A DNA stretch of 64,000 nt from Octopus vulgaris (GCA_951406725.2 OX597825.1:80476001-80540000); one strand, 5' to 3'; positions 41,523-56,843 are shown, numbered from the stretch's first letter. Notes: generated by a model not told the origin, from the sequence alone. Numbers and translations are program-made.

Positions 41523-42225
41523 CTACATAGCCATGTGTAAAAGTATTGTTTCAGAGAATGACTGGAATACACCAGAGCCAGTATATTGTGTAGATAAATA
41601 CTTTGCGAAGGTTAATGAATAGTTTGGTAAATTCCTAATACAGAAATGGCTTTTTTTTTTCTTAGGATATTTTCATTTTCCACATCATAGCAAAAATAGA
41701 AAATAATAAGGAAAAAATAAGTGAACCCCATTTATATTTACAGTAATTGTTATTATCAGGTGTCTGTGAGGTGCTTCCAGACAAATGTGAAGAACATTGT
41801 ATCGAGTGGTGGTGGCCATGTGGATAAAGATTCTCTCTTTTTCTTGTTCTGGCTGCTGCACTAACACCAAACACACGCTTGGTTGCAGCCTGTTTGTTTT
41901 CTCCAGTGTAGTCACTCCTGCAAGTAGAAAGGTTTTAACGGTCCTTGGGTCTGCTCCATGTTCCATTGAGTTATTGAAAACCATGGAATTCAACAAATGA
42001 TCTGCAGGAATTCTTGGAGCACTTCTAAGCCAGGATTCAGTCAGAAGTTACAAACAAGTGGGTTCTGCTTTTGCTGGATGTAGGGGCCTCTCAGTTTGAT
42101 CTTATTTGTTGTGTGAAGGTCATGTGATGTGGCTGTTAGGGTTGTGGGGTCGCAGTCATAAACCTGACCCTTCATTTCATTGAGTGCTCCAGTTTGCTTT
42201 CTTGAAAATAAGTCCTGGTGCTTCG

Positions 42226-42552
42226 CTCTCCCTGTCTCTCCCCCCTCTCTCCCTTCCCTCCTTTCTTTCTCTCCCTTCCCTCCTCTCTCTTTCTCTCCCT
42301 TCCTCTTTCTTGCCCTTATCTCCTCTCTTTCTCTCCCCTCCTCTCCTCTCTCCCTACTCTCCTCTCTCCCTTCCCTCCTCTCTCCCTACTCTCCTCTCTC
42401 CCTTCTCTCCTCTCTCCCTACTCTCCTCTCTCCCTTCCCTCCTCTCCTCTCTCCCTTCCCTCCTCTCACCCTTCCCTCTATTTCTCTCTTCTTCCATCCT
42501 CTTTCTCCCTTTCCTCCTCATCTCCCCCTATCTTATCTCCTTTCTCCCCCCC
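42226..42552. repeat. CT-rich polypyrimidine low-complexity tract
   Basis: Direct reading. Confidence 0.9.
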
Positions 42553-43746
42553 CACTGGTTCGAGGGTGGAAGGTCCGAGAGAATGTCTGTGTCTGTTTGT
42601 GACTGCATAGACACCAAAAATATTGAGCAAAAGCATGGTCCATGCTAGTAAGTTATACGCCCTAGTGATGGTCATGGCTGTCCTGGTTGTAATGTCAGTT
42701 TTAACCCCTGGTTCACATCCTGGTAGCCTACAGTCTTCTCATCAATTCTACCATTTTGCCAAAAGCTATGGTACCACCTATTTCCCATTCACCAATCATT
42801 TCAAAACTAGTCATTGTTAATTGGTTAATTATTATTGTTTCTTTTATTTCAATCTTCATTTGTCTTCAGCACCCCCCCTCCATTGTCCATGACATTTGCT
42901 AAAGTTTTTGTCAACCCGTTCAAGCGTAACATCAAAACCGTTTTTATCATTGTGGATATCTCTCTCTCCTTCCTTCCTCCCTCGTTAAAATTAATTGATC
43001 GGCTGTGTGGTAAGTAGCTTGTTTACCAACCACATGGTTCCGGGTTCAGTCCCACTGCGTGGTACCATGGGCAAGTGTCTTCTACTATAGCCTCGGGCCG
43101 ACCAAAGCCTTGTAAGTGGATTTGGTTGACAGAACCTGAAAACAAGCCCGTTGTATCATCATCATCATCATCGTTTAACGTCCGTTCTCCATGCTAGCAT
43201 GGGTTGGACGGTTCGACCGGGGATCTGGGAAGCCAGAAGGCTGCACCAGGCTCCGGTCTTATCTGGCAGTGTTTCTACAGCTGGATGCCCTTCCTAACGA
43301 CAATAAATAAAAATATATCGATGCTGGTTTGTTTACGTCCCCGTAACTTAGCAGTTCGGCAAAAGAGACCGATAGAATAAGTGCTAGCCTTACAAAGAAT
43401 AAGTCCCGGGGATCGATTTCCTTGACTAAAGGCGGTGCTCCAGCATGGCCACAGTCACACGACTGAAACGAGTAAAAGAGTAAATATTAAAAGATGGTTA
43501 TTTTTGCCACCCCACCCTCTATCCTTTCATATGGCTTGTGGCATCTAGTACAGGTCCCTTCCTTTTTGTTTCTCTACTCAGATAGCTGGAAGGGGTTCTG
43601 TTTGGGAGTTTGCTGAAGACATTAGTTTTATCCCTCTTTCATTACACTTGTGATGTCAGTCCAGTTGTCCTTACAACCTCCTAGTGCATCACATTTTCCC
43701 TTCAGACTGTGTTAAAACAGTCGCTATTATTATTATTATTATTGAA

Positions 43747-44737
43747 GGCCGTGAGCTGGCAGAATCAGTAGTATGGTGGGCGAAACGCTTTGCGGTATTT
43801 AGTCTGAGATTATATTCCCAATTCAAATTCTGCCGAGGTCGACTTTACCTCTTTCATCCTTTCGGGGTCGATTAAACTAAGTACCAGTTACATACTGGGG
43901 GTTGATGTAATCAACTATTCCCCTTCCCCAAATTTCAGGCCTTGTGCCTCTAGTAGAAAAGATTATTATTATTATTATTATCATTATGGTGAGCTGGCAG
44001 AATTGTTAGTGTGCCAGACAAGCTGCTTAGTGTTTCGCCTCTCACTATGTTCTGGGTTCAAATCCTGCCGAGGTCAACTTTGCGTTTCATCCTTTCGGGG
44101 TCGGTAAATTAAGTACCAGTTGCATACTGGGGTCGATGTAATCGACCAGTCAACCTCCCCTCAAAATTGCTGGCCTTGAGCCAAAATTTGAAACCAATGT
44201 TGTTATTTTTTGTTGTTTTTTTTTTGGCACTCTTTTTTTCTGTAATTTTAATCCTTTTTGTAAATGCCTCTCCTCATTTCAATAGATGTTTGGCATGTGT
44301 ACATCTCTGGAATTGGCAGATATTTCAGATCTAATTCTTTATATATTTATTTAATCTTATAATATTCTGAAGCTGCCATATTCTTCATGTATCTTTACTG
44401 TAATATTAAAAAAAAAAAAAGTGACACAAAAAACAAACAAATATCTTAAATGATATTTTAAAAACATATTCGTTTTTTTCTTCTTTTCATTTTGCTTTCT
44501 TCTTATTAATTTGCAGATAATCAACCAATTATTGTTAATTATTTTGTTCAAATCATGGCAGTGAGCTGGCAGAATCGTTAGCACGCTGGGTGTTCGTCTG
44601 TCAGTAACTTCTGAGTTCAAATTCTGCCAAGGTCGACTTTCAGGGTCGATAAATTAAGTACCAATTGCATACTGGGGTCGATCTAATTGACGGTCCCCTT
44701 CCCTAAAAATTTCGGGCCTTGTGCCTAGAGTAGAAAA
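43747..44737 (+). mobile_element. Three copies of the GAGCTGGCAGAA tRNA-SINE family; others at about 1815, 11790, 15457, 20030, 32788, 33030, 46800, 51140, 53463 and 53920
   Basis: A-box GAGCTGGCAGAATCGTTAGCA, B-box and conserved core, ATT tail. Confidence 0.9.
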
Positions 44738-45057
44738 TTATGTTCAAATCTCACCAATGCTGACTTTGCCTTTCAGGGTAGGGGTTGGGAAACTAAATAC
44801 CAGTGGTGTACTGGGGGTTGATGTGATTGACTAAATCCATCTTCAAAGCTTGCAGTCATAGATCTCTGTGTTGGAAATAATCACTGTTCCCATTAGCGTT
44901 ACAAGCCATAATTGTGATTATTTTGTTACTTAAATTACTACAGCTCGTTGACATGAAATCTCGTTAACTGTTCTGAATTGAAATTTCTGATTGATTTCAA
45001 ACTTACAGCATTTGCAGTTATTGATCTTGTGAAAAAAAAATATTTTAATTATCATTG

Positions 45058-45102
<45 letters not shown>

Positions 45103-45103
45103 T

Positions 45104-45441
45104 ATGGAGATGTACTTGCATAGCAAGTGACCTGATCTGAGATCATGTGCTGAAACAAACACTTGCAGCATAGAAGGTGTTTATAAGCCATTTAAAAACA
45201 CACAAAAGAAACTGCTAGATTCACTTTAACATTTAAATCTAATTTGCTAAAATATTTTTGTTGCTTTAAAACCACGACCTGTTCACTGACAAATTTCCGT
45301 GATGCATCATGGAATTTTGTCAGTGAACAGTTCACAGTTTCAGAGCGACAAAAATATTTTGACAAATTAAATTTAAATGTTGAAGTGAATCTAGCAGTTT
45401 CTTTGTGTTTTTAAATGGCTTATAAACACCTTCAATGCTGC

Positions 45442-45445
<4 letters not shown>
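45104..45445. mobile_element. Loopless palindromic element (arms 45163-45304 and 45305-45443)
   Basis: Centre gatg|catc; same family as 1592-1783; HHR-shaped TTTGTCA..GCGAC-AAAA-ATATT-TGACAAA with a non-canonical core. Confidence 0.75.
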
Positions 45446-45475
<30 letters not shown>

Positions 45476-45839
45476 GAGAAATAAGGATAAACACAACTTT
45501 ATACATACTCATATATCATCATCATCGTTTAACGTCTGCTTTCCATGCTGGCATGGGTTGGACGGTCTGACAAAACTAGTAAGCTGGGCGGCTTGATGAG
45601 GACTGGCAAACCAGAAGGCCGTACCAGGCTCCAATCTGATCTGGCAAGGTTTCTACAGCTGGATGCATTTGGAACACTTGCTGGTTGCTGCAGCGATAAA
45701 TTTTTGCCTCCTGATATTTATTGCTTTTTGTCACCTCACATTTGTTAGAGATGTTATCTCAGGATAAATACTGCACTAACTGGCCTATCAACTGGGTATA
45801 TACAATGTATTACATAACTGGATATATATATATATGTAA

Positions 45840-46015
45840 ATATAGGGAGAGTTTACGAAAAAACAAAAGACGAAGACAGGTGGTGTACAAAACAAACAGA
45901 TGTATTAGTATAACGCTCAGGAATAGAAAAAGTCTTTTACGTTTCGAGCCTATGCTCTTCTACAGAAAGGGACACAGAAAAAACAAGGAGAGAAAAAAAT
46001 TTGTGTAGTGGCTAA
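45840..46015 (-). mobile_element. Short repeat with minimal HHR-like motif (45934-45969)
   Basis: Minus strand CTTT-CTGTAGA-A-GAGC/atag/GCTC-GAAAC-GTA|AAAG; homologous to 63505-63700. Confidence 0.6.
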
Positions 46016-46025
46016 CGACCTATCA

Positions 46026-46625
<600 letters not shown>

Positions 46626-47034
46626 GTTTATGTATTTGTTTTACAAGATTCTTGATGGGAAATAGTGTTGACATATATTTTGGGACGGTCATTTTGCCAA
46701 TAAACACATGCACTATTTATTTGATCTTCAGTTTAGATTTATTATCATTTTCAACTATTGATAATAATAATAAAGGTGTCTGTCCCCAAATGTAACTATA
46801 TTATAATCCTTTCTATTATAAGCACAAGGACTGAAATTCTGGGGATTAGCCAATTACATGGACACCAGTGTTTCACGGGTACTTAATTTATCGACCTCAA
46901 AAGGATGAAAGGCAAAATCGATCTCCGTGGAATTTGAACCTGGAACGTAAGGACGGACAAATGCCTCTAAGCATTTTGCCTGACATGCTAACGTTTCTGC
47001 CAGCTCGCCGCCTTAATAATAATTAAAACAATGG

Positions 47035-47770
<736 letters not shown>

Positions 47771-48061
47771 AGGAATGAAAATTTATATATAAGGAACGTG
47801 AAGTACACGAAGGGACGAACACGGAAAACAGACAAGTCATTCGAAGCCTTCAATCTTCAGTCAGGAACCGAATCATCATGGCAAATTTCGGCTGATTAAT
47901 TCTGATATTTGCTCCAACTCGGCCAGCCCCAAGGAAAAAACTAAGCTGTGAGCATTAGATTTCTTGGTAGAAGGAAAGAATGTAAACGCAACAGATATAT
48001 GTGTATATGTATGTATATGTATATATATGTGTATGTATATATGTATATACACATATATATA

Positions 48062-48347
48062 CTAGAGGAAAAATCAAAACCCAAGACAGAACGAGTATCT
48101 CTAGTAATTTAGAATAATTTAATTAGGGTAAGGTGAATATGAAGTCTTACGGCTGTTTCTGGGATAACCCAAGTGGTAGGTTAGCATATTCATGCACTGG
48201 GTATTCCGCTATTAGAGACAAGGATGACCAACCACTTGGGTTACCCCAGAAACGGCTGTAAGACTTCAAATTCACCCTACCCTAATTGAATTATTCTAAA
48301 TGACTTGAGATACTCGTTCTGCCTTGGATCTTGCTTTTTTCCTCTAA
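48062..48347. mobile_element. Foldback element with degenerate HHR-like motif (48144-48219, -)
   Basis: Arms of about 115 bp with a loop of about 55 nt; minus strand GTCT-CTAATAG-[long stem]-GAAAC-AGCC-GTA|AGAC. Confidence 0.65.
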
Positions 48348-48959
48348 TATAATACGTACATGCTATAATGGAACCCTAACGTGGATCCCTAGATCCAACC
48401 TTAGCTGTGATTTTGGAACCTAACGGTCGACCACCCTTGGCACTTACTCAGCGTACCTATTCGTTTAGATCACAAGTGAACTAACTCCCTCATATTCTTT
48501 ATATATATATATATATATATATATACACGTGTGTGTGTGTATATATAATATACATGTGTGTGTATATATACACGTGTGTATATATGTATGTGTATATATA
48601 TATATATATTTATACACTCGTGTATACACGCGCACACATACAGGTATTGAAGCACAAGAAAAATAGAACTCAATATATATTTTTTTATTAATATTTAGAG
48701 TAGAGTGACTCAAGGGCTGAGAGTTTCGTGTGTCGGCACTGTATGCATGCAATTTCACATGTATATACTTGCACGTACACATAAACAACTTGTAACTGGG
48801 ATCAGATTATCTTGGTTTGTTTTGTTTTCCTACTTGTAGTTTCTTGTTGCCTGGCAGCACCCTTCGGCCAGAGTTCAACACAGGCTTTGAGGATACGTCC
48901 AATTAAAACACAGAATACGCCACAAGAGAAGGATATTGTAATATACTGCATATCAGTGA

Positions 48960-49167
48960 CAAGGGTTCATAAATTACCTTTACAATTTGAAAAATTCAAA
49001 ACGAAAGGAAAGATCAAAGGTTAACTTAGCAAAGTTTATTGAAAAACACAGGCAAAGTTTTATTATACCTCCATGTTTGCTCCAGTCGTTGTACATAACC
49101 TCTTGAGTTATTCCATTCTGTTCTTCCTTGATTTTTCGAATTGTAAAGGCAATTTATGGACACCCTC
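48960..49167. mobile_element. Tc1/mariner-type MITE
   Basis: TIR agggttcataaattacctttacaatttgaaaaat matches atttttcgaattgtaaaggcaatttatggacaccct. Confidence 0.7.
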
Positions 49168-49253
49168 TGTGTGTGTGTGTGTGTGTGTATGTGTGTTCAC
49201 ACACGTTAATATCGAACTGAGAATGGTCGATAAATATTCTTTATTTGTGGCTT

Positions 49254-49348
49254 AAGGCTACCAATGGTTTCTTCATGAAATGTAGAATCTCCAAACAAGC
49301 TCGATAATTGTTAGAGATTCATCACTACATGAAACCATTGGTAGCCTT
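49254..49348. repeat. Short inverted-repeat element, same family as 7087-7141
   Basis: aaggctaccaatggtttc ... gaaaccattggtagcctt. Confidence 0.65.
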
Positions 49349-49364
49349 CTTAACTCACAAATAC

Positions 49365-49751
<387 letters not shown>

Positions 49752-50249
49752 CATAATGTTGGTTTAATAACAGTGAATTATGGAAATATTGACCATTGTT
49801 ATGTGGTATCAATCGATATATAGGGACTTTATATAATCATGGATTAATATGTAGTACTTACAAGACAGTATGTAGGGACATCTTGAATAGTACAGTTGGC
49901 GCGGGGAGGGGCACGTTGTAATTATAAGATAGTATTGTGTGTGTGTGTGGGGTGGATCATTGTATTAGTTGACATAACACATGGTACATATAAGTGGGAA
50001 ATTACGAGTCGTTAGAGCATCGGATAGAAAGCCTTGTGGCATTTGTTCCGGCTCTCTGCAGTTTGAGTTCAAACTCTGCTGACGTTAAACTCATCTTTCA
50101 TCGTCCTGGCAGGAGTCAATAAATCACCGGTCATATACCGAAGTTGAATTCTTTTCCCTTTTTGCTCGGACTTCATTGTAACGAGAGGATGGTTCAAGGG
50201 AGACTACTCACAGCGACTTGGTTTCCAGAAACAGAAGTGAGTTGGGTTA

Positions 50250-50310
50250 GCAACCTTTGTATTACTAGAACCATCCAGGAACGTATCAACGAACACCACA
50301 GCATGGACAC
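50250..50310 (+). mobile_element. Possible Penelope GIY-YIG fragment
   Basis: TRTIQERINEH resembles the TxRxLxxRxxEH motif; very short. Confidence 0.3.
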
Positions 50311-51689
50311 TGCAGGGGTGGACGGGGCATTATGTATATTACATTATGGGGTCATTCTACATAGCTATGACACTAGTATACCATGCGGCGGTCGGTGGAG
50401 ATTATCTTCTTTCAGTCATTAGACTGTGGCCATGCTGGGGCACTGCTTCGAAGAATTTTTAGTCGAATGAATCGACACCAGGATTTTATTTGTAAAAGAA
50501 TGGTATTTATTCTATCAGACTCTTTTGCCGAAACGCTAAGTTACGGGGATGTAAATACACCAATACCGGTTGTTAGCAGTGGTGGGTGACACAAAGACAC
50601 ACACACACGACGGGGTTCTCTCAGTTTCTGTCTAACAAATCCAGTCACAAGGCTTTGGTCGGCCAGGGCCTGTAGTAGGAGACACTTGCCCAAGGTGCCA
50701 TGCATACGGTTGAAAAGCAAACTTCTTACCACACAGCCACCCATGCTCCTACATTGTATACGCTTATATTAAATGATATTTTTCTCTCTCTTGTTCTCTC
50801 CTCCCTCTCTCCATATGGATCAGAGGGCGCGAGAGTCGAGACGGGGTCGGTATCTGCTCATGACTATACTGGCACCTGAAACAATTTGCGAAAGCATGGT
50901 ACACGCTATCAAGCCGAACTTATTCACGGGTGAGGGATGACTGTACTGTGCGGAGATATTGTACATAGCCACAACACAGTAAACTATGTGGGCACGTCAC
51001 ACCGTCGTCATCATCATCATCATCATTTGACATCTGTTTTCCCTGCTGGCATGAATTGGACGGTTTTTTGATAGTTTTTTAAAAGTGTCTGAAGACCAAC
51101 GGGAGGACTGCAGGATGTTGCCGTGTCTGTTCAACCTAGTTTCTTATTTCTTTATTGCCCACAAGGGGCTAAACATAGAGCAAAGTCGACCTCGGTGGAA
51201 TTTGAACTCAGAACGTAGCGGCAGACGAAATACCTATTTCTATTTCTTTACTACCCACAAGGGGATAAACACAGAGGGGACAAACAAGGATAGACAAACG
51301 GATTAAGTCAAATACATCGACCCCAGTGCGTAACTGGTACTTAATTTATCGATCCCGGAGGGATGAAAGGCAAAGTTGACTTCGGCGGAATTTGAACTCA
51401 GAACGTAGCGGCAGACGAAATACCTGTTAAGCATTTCGTCCGACGTGCTAACCTTTCTGCCAGCTCGCCGCTTCAACCTAGTTTCTATGGCTGGATACTC
51501 TTCCTAATGACAACTACTTCACACAGTGTACTGAGTACTTTTTCTCGTGGCACCAACACTAGTGAGGTTGCCGTGTAACTTGCAGAACCAAGACCCTCTT
51601 CTGCTGAGTGGGGGCTACAATAAAGGAGGCGGCATCTTTATGCTAGGTAATGAAAGGGTTTAAAGTATGAAAGGTGGGACCGGAACCGG

Positions 51690-52700
51690 AACAGATTTCT
51701 TGTTGAAGAGGATACATGGTTACACCATATTTTACACGAGCGACATTTCGACGGATAACATCAAAAACCCTATTAGTCATGGAATTTGTCAATTTCTTAA
51801 TAGTAGCAGGTTGGACTGCCTCAGCTGGTCGCCCATAAGACATCTTTCGACGTAAATTGGCGTTCATCGGCATAAACATCTTGTTTGACGATGGACCAAA
51901 GATTTTCGATAGGGTTGAGATCCGGAGATGCTAGCGGCCACACCATCAGCCTTTCACCTTGTATGCGGTGAGACCTTAAGAATGTTTGGGTGGCCCTAGC
52001 CGAGTGGGAGGGAGCGTTGTCATGCACGAATACGAGATTCCTTAGAAGTGACAGCCGTATGTCATGTAGCCAGGAATCCAAGATCTCCTTCAGGAGATTG
52101 CAGCAGGCGGCTGCGGTCACTTTAACCTCTTCAGGCACCCTGGCTGGGCCAACAAGTCTGTCCCCAGTGATACCAGCCCTCAACATGACTCCTCCACCCT
52201 GTTGTTAACGTCGTAAACGTTGGTGACGCACATCTCCAAAACAGACCCAACCATTTGCCCAACAGTCAGGTCCGTCAAGGGTCGCCCTGGTTTCGTCAGT
52301 GAACAGAACACAACTCATGTCTAACGTCATGTATTTTTTGGACCATTGAAGCCTCAAACTTCTGTGACGAGGCGTTAAAGGAGGAACTTTCAGGGGTTCT
52401 CGCACGGAAGCTATGGCCCCGAGGATGCAATTTCTGGTGGTTTTCGATAGTCCGGCTTTGATTGTGTGTCCAGGTTTCCCCCTAAACTTGTGGCCAATAT
52501 TCCTTAAATCCTTAGCCGTCACAGTCTTCGAGGTTCCACAATCAAATCGTTTCTTCCTTGGCGAAGGGTCCTTCAGGAATCGTCTAACCGTGTCCACATG
52601 ACAACCTAAGTTCTCCGCAATAACATGAAGAGAGGTGCCTTTAGTACTTCCTTTGATGATGGCACACTTTTCTTCGTCGTTAAGGCCTTTTATTTCCCTC
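51690..52700 (-). mobile_element. Tc1-like transposase pseudogene
   Basis: VLFTDETRATLDGPD, FVHDNAPSH, WPLASPDLNPIENLW; few disruptions; TIRs not found. Confidence 0.9.
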
Positions 52701-54199
52701 CTAAGCTATTAGTGTGGTCCTGGGTGTAGGTAAAACTCTATATTGTATAGATATCACATATATTGTATACACATATATAACACTGTATTGTATAGATATA
52801 AATATTGTATGTATGTTTGTATGTGCATGTGTGTTTGTATGCATTGTATAGGTAGGACAAAGAACTGTCGGCCCCATGCGTCGGCACCATTCATGACACA
52901 CTTTGGGTGTAACGTTATTCTACATGACTCTTAACACATCAGACTGTGGATTCACACCTTATATAATCATAATATAAAACCGTGTAATTCTAATTATTAT
53001 ACCTGTCAATATTACACATGAAATAACAAGAATATTGTGTGTAAATATACAGTGATTTATGATTGATGTTCTTCAATTTTATTATTAATTAATTCAATTA
53101 TTAATTAATTATTTATTTTCAATTCGAACATCAACCACAATGATTTCACTCCTCTGGGAGGGTCACGCAAATGTCATTATTATGGACCTGACCTCATTTC
53201 CTTTGAGTAAATAAATAAATAAATAATAATAATAGATTATATTACAAAATGTTTTTGTAAAGTCATGCTGGAATTTTAAGCAAGTTTTTCTTTTTAAATC
53301 GAAGTGTGAGTAAACAAAATTGTTTTTTGATGTTTGTAAGATGATATTTACATACAAAAAAAAAAAAAAAAGAAGCAAATTTTGTTTAAAAAAAAAAGCA
53401 ATATTTGAAAGCAATACTATCAATTATTTGGTGAGGGTTAATTGTAGAAGTTGTGAAACCCGAGGCGGCGAGCTGGCAGAAACGTTAGCACGTCGGCCGA
53501 AATGCTTCGCTGAGTTCAAATTCCAACAAGGTCGACTTCACCTTTTATTTTTTCAGAGTCGATAAATTAAGTACCAATTGTGTAATCGACTAGGCCCCCA
53601 CCCCCAAAACTTCGGGCCTTGTGCCTAGAGTAGAAAAGAACTTGTGAATCTCTAACTTGTTATTTCCATTTCTTACACCTGATATGAACTAAATTTCCAC
53701 TTCTTCATCTCCTACTCCATTGGTCTTCAGCCATTTAAAAAAAAACTATCCCCCTTTTTTTCTGTTATTAATATTTTTTCAGCATCTTCCCTTGCTCCGC
53801 TTCAACAAAATGAAACACAACAAAAAATTGCCGCCAACAGGTTGATCCACATTAAAAGATTTCTTGTACCTAAGTCACGGCATCAATATCGAATGTGGAA
53901 ACATTCTGGCAAATAATAATGGTTTCAGATTTTGGCACAAGGCCAGAAATTTTGAAGTCGATTACATCGACCCCCAGTGCTCAACTGGTATTTATTTTCG
54001 TGACCACGAAAGGGATGAAGCAAGCTTGATGGCATTTGAACTCCGAACATAAAGACGGACGAAATACCGCTAAGTATTTTGTCCGGCGTGCTAACGATTC
54101 TGTCATATTGCCGCCATATTTCGACTATTAATATTTCCAAATGATTCGCACAGAATATAAACTGAAAATATTATTTTGGAAATTAGAATAATTAAAAGC

Positions 54200-55310
54200 T
54201 GTATCTTCCACTCCATCACCTTCTTACCACCTCATTTCCCACGAGTTGCCATATATAAAAGTTTCCAGCGTCTTACACCCCCCCCCTGTTGCACTCTACA
54301 TTGATATTTATCCCAAACCCGCAACATATCTGTCAGTTGATATCACTTTCCCTCTCTCTTTATCGATCTCCCACCCCCTCGTCATTGATACCTTTCTACT
54401 CATCATATTCGTATATTGTAAACCTTCTCATTCCAACTCCTATCTCAATTATTCTTTCCCTTTACTCCGCACGCGATCAAATCAATTACCACTCCCTCGA
54501 AAACCCTACCACCTCCCTCCAAAACTCCACCTTCTCCCCATCCTAGCAATGATCTCGTCTTCTAAATCGAAGTAAATCACATCTTTGATGGTGGGGTACT
54601 CTCTCAGTTGTACATGTCACCTTGCCCTAATCCAGAGCTATCATCTACAACACCACACTCCTATCAGCCACCCGTAGTTCCTCCAACTGCACCTCGCCAT
54701 CTTTTACCTTCTACCAAGCCAGCATCCCATTGAAACCCACTTCCAACCTTAATTTCTATATTTTACTCTCTCACCCGGGAACCTCGCCATTTCGTTTCTC
54801 TTTCAAAGGAGACAGAAAACTCCATAACCCCTTGGTTAGAAGCTTAGTCACAACCAGCCGAGTACCTAGCTCCTAGTTATAACTAGTCGGGTACTTAACC
54901 TCTAGTGACATTTAGCCGGGTACCTTTAAATGCCCTCGTTAAGATGTCCCGTTTGATTATATCTCGAACACTACAATCATAATCAACCCGAAATCTTCGT
55001 GCCAATTCACCCAACACCTTATCAATCTCATCTACAACATACCGTTTCTTAAGCACAATACGCCGATGGCATAAGATATTATTTAGGTGACCGATCCTGT
55101 TATCATTGGTTTAGTATTCTCTACCCGTCTCAGGCAAAACACGTTGCCCGCCATTTCAGTTCACCTGGTCACTCCGTTAACTACCTCTCGGTGTGTGGAC
55201 TTTCTGAACACTTACAGGTTTTCACCTCTCCACAAAACGTAGAGATAAGTAACTTACCTGTGTACTCGGCACTCCCTCACCAACAGGCCTTACGGAAGAT
55301 TAACTTCTTT
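54200..55310 (+). mobile_element. Degenerate Penelope-like element (RT thumb and GIY-YIG region)
   Basis: Remnant motifs in the expected order: VYCKPSHSNSYLNYS (about 54410), PGTFKCPR (about 54916), HVARHFSSPGHSVNYLSVCGL (55140-55202); many stops and frameshifts. Confidence 0.7.
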
Positions 55311-56684
55311 GTAAAAAAAAATAGATTTCTTTTTTTTTTTTTTTTTTTACTTGTTTCAGTCATTTGACTGCGGCCATGCTGGAGCACCGCATTTAATCGA
55401 GCAACTCGACCCCGGGACTTATTCTTTTGTAAGCCCAGCACTTATTCTATCGGTCTTTTTTGCCGAACCGCTAAGTGACGGGGACATAAACACACCAGCA
55501 TCGGTTGTCAAGCAATGCTAGGGGGACAAACACAGACACAATCACACACACGCATATATACAGATATATACATATATACGACGGGCCCCCTTCAGCCCCC
55601 GTCTACCAAATCCACTCACAAAGCTTTGGTCGGCCTGAGGCTATAGTAGAAGACACTTGCCCAAGGTGACACGCAGTGGGACTGAACTCGGAACCACACA
55701 GCCACTCCTGCGCCTAAATGTAAATAATTTTTCTTAAATTACGTATTTTCTGACATTTTTAAACTCCTTTCCTCTTTCATTCTGGTCACTGCGAAATAAT
55801 TAACACTTCTCACTTTCTCTCTGTCTTTTTCCTGCTCTCAAAAACACATTATCTCCACGACACCCACCAAGGGGACCTTCTCCCATTTCTGTATTGGTTT
55901 TTAATGATGTCTGTTGAACTTCATTTACAAATTCATGCATTAATCATTTGCTTAACTCATGACTATTACCTTCTCACCAACCTGTCACGTATGTACTTTG
56001 GCTCTTATCTACACAAACACAATTATATCACTCCTTCCATGAATGACTACGTTTTAATCTTCATTCCTGCGTTGTCCTCTTATCTTCACCCTCTTCTATT
56101 TCTAAGTCCCCGGTGATACCCAATTCTTTTGTTGAAATATATTTCCTCTGACGAACGCCCATATCATAACGACTTATCTAAACTCACAGACTTCAGTGTA
56201 TAAAACCTTTGCTGTTGTAGACAACCTCTGTCGTCGCAAAACTAACAACTAATGAACAGTTGTGCCAACTTTCATTTTTATTCGTGGACCTGCCTTGAAT
56301 CATCTGCCGTTTTGGAGATTTAAGCGGAATATTATGTTTTAATGTTTAACACAGAAACACGTTGGCTAAGTTATGGCCGTCTTTTCGTACTTGTAGTCGA
56401 ACTTCAGTATGAAAACCTCGAATTTCTCGAGCGTCAATGACCCGCCAGCCCCACCATTTACGATCTGAGTTAAAATTGAAACATTTTGTTTTTAGGCTGG
56501 GGTATTTTATTGATATTTTCAGTTCCATCGAGTTTGAACACAATAACGAAAGTTTCCTTGCACCACCATGTTGAAATCGTGGATATCATTCAAAGCTTGT
56601 GGCTTTCACAAGGAAATTATTAATTTGAACATTATTTACATTATTTACATTTGACGGATATTTGTCCTCATCTTGTTTGTTGTT

Positions 56685-56730
56685 AACACAACGTTTCGGC
56701 TGATATACCCTCCAGACTTCATCAGGTGTC
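56685..56730 (-). ncRNA. Minimal type I hammerhead motif
   Basis: Minus strand GACAC-CTGATGA-A-GTCTG..CAGCC-GAAAC-GTT|GTGTT; stem I GACAC/GTGTT; one mismatch in stem II. Confidence 0.7.
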
Positions 56731-56776
56731 TTGGGAAATTTCGAACCGGGTTTCTCATTCCTAAAGTATTTTTCGA

Positions 56777-56820
<44 letters not shown>

Positions 56821-56843
56821 TCGATTCCAAGCAGTGACCTGAA

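Noticed and set aside
41790-42170. Possible LINE endonuclease remnant on the minus strand (ESWL motif)
   Set aside because: Too degraded to support a call.
47825-47870. Minus-strand CTGAAGA..GAAG/CTTC..GAA hammerhead-like motif
   Set aside because: GAAA is incomplete and stem I does not pair convincingly.
56145-56200. CTGACGAA downstream of the Penelope remnant
   Set aside because: No stem II or GAAA partner found.
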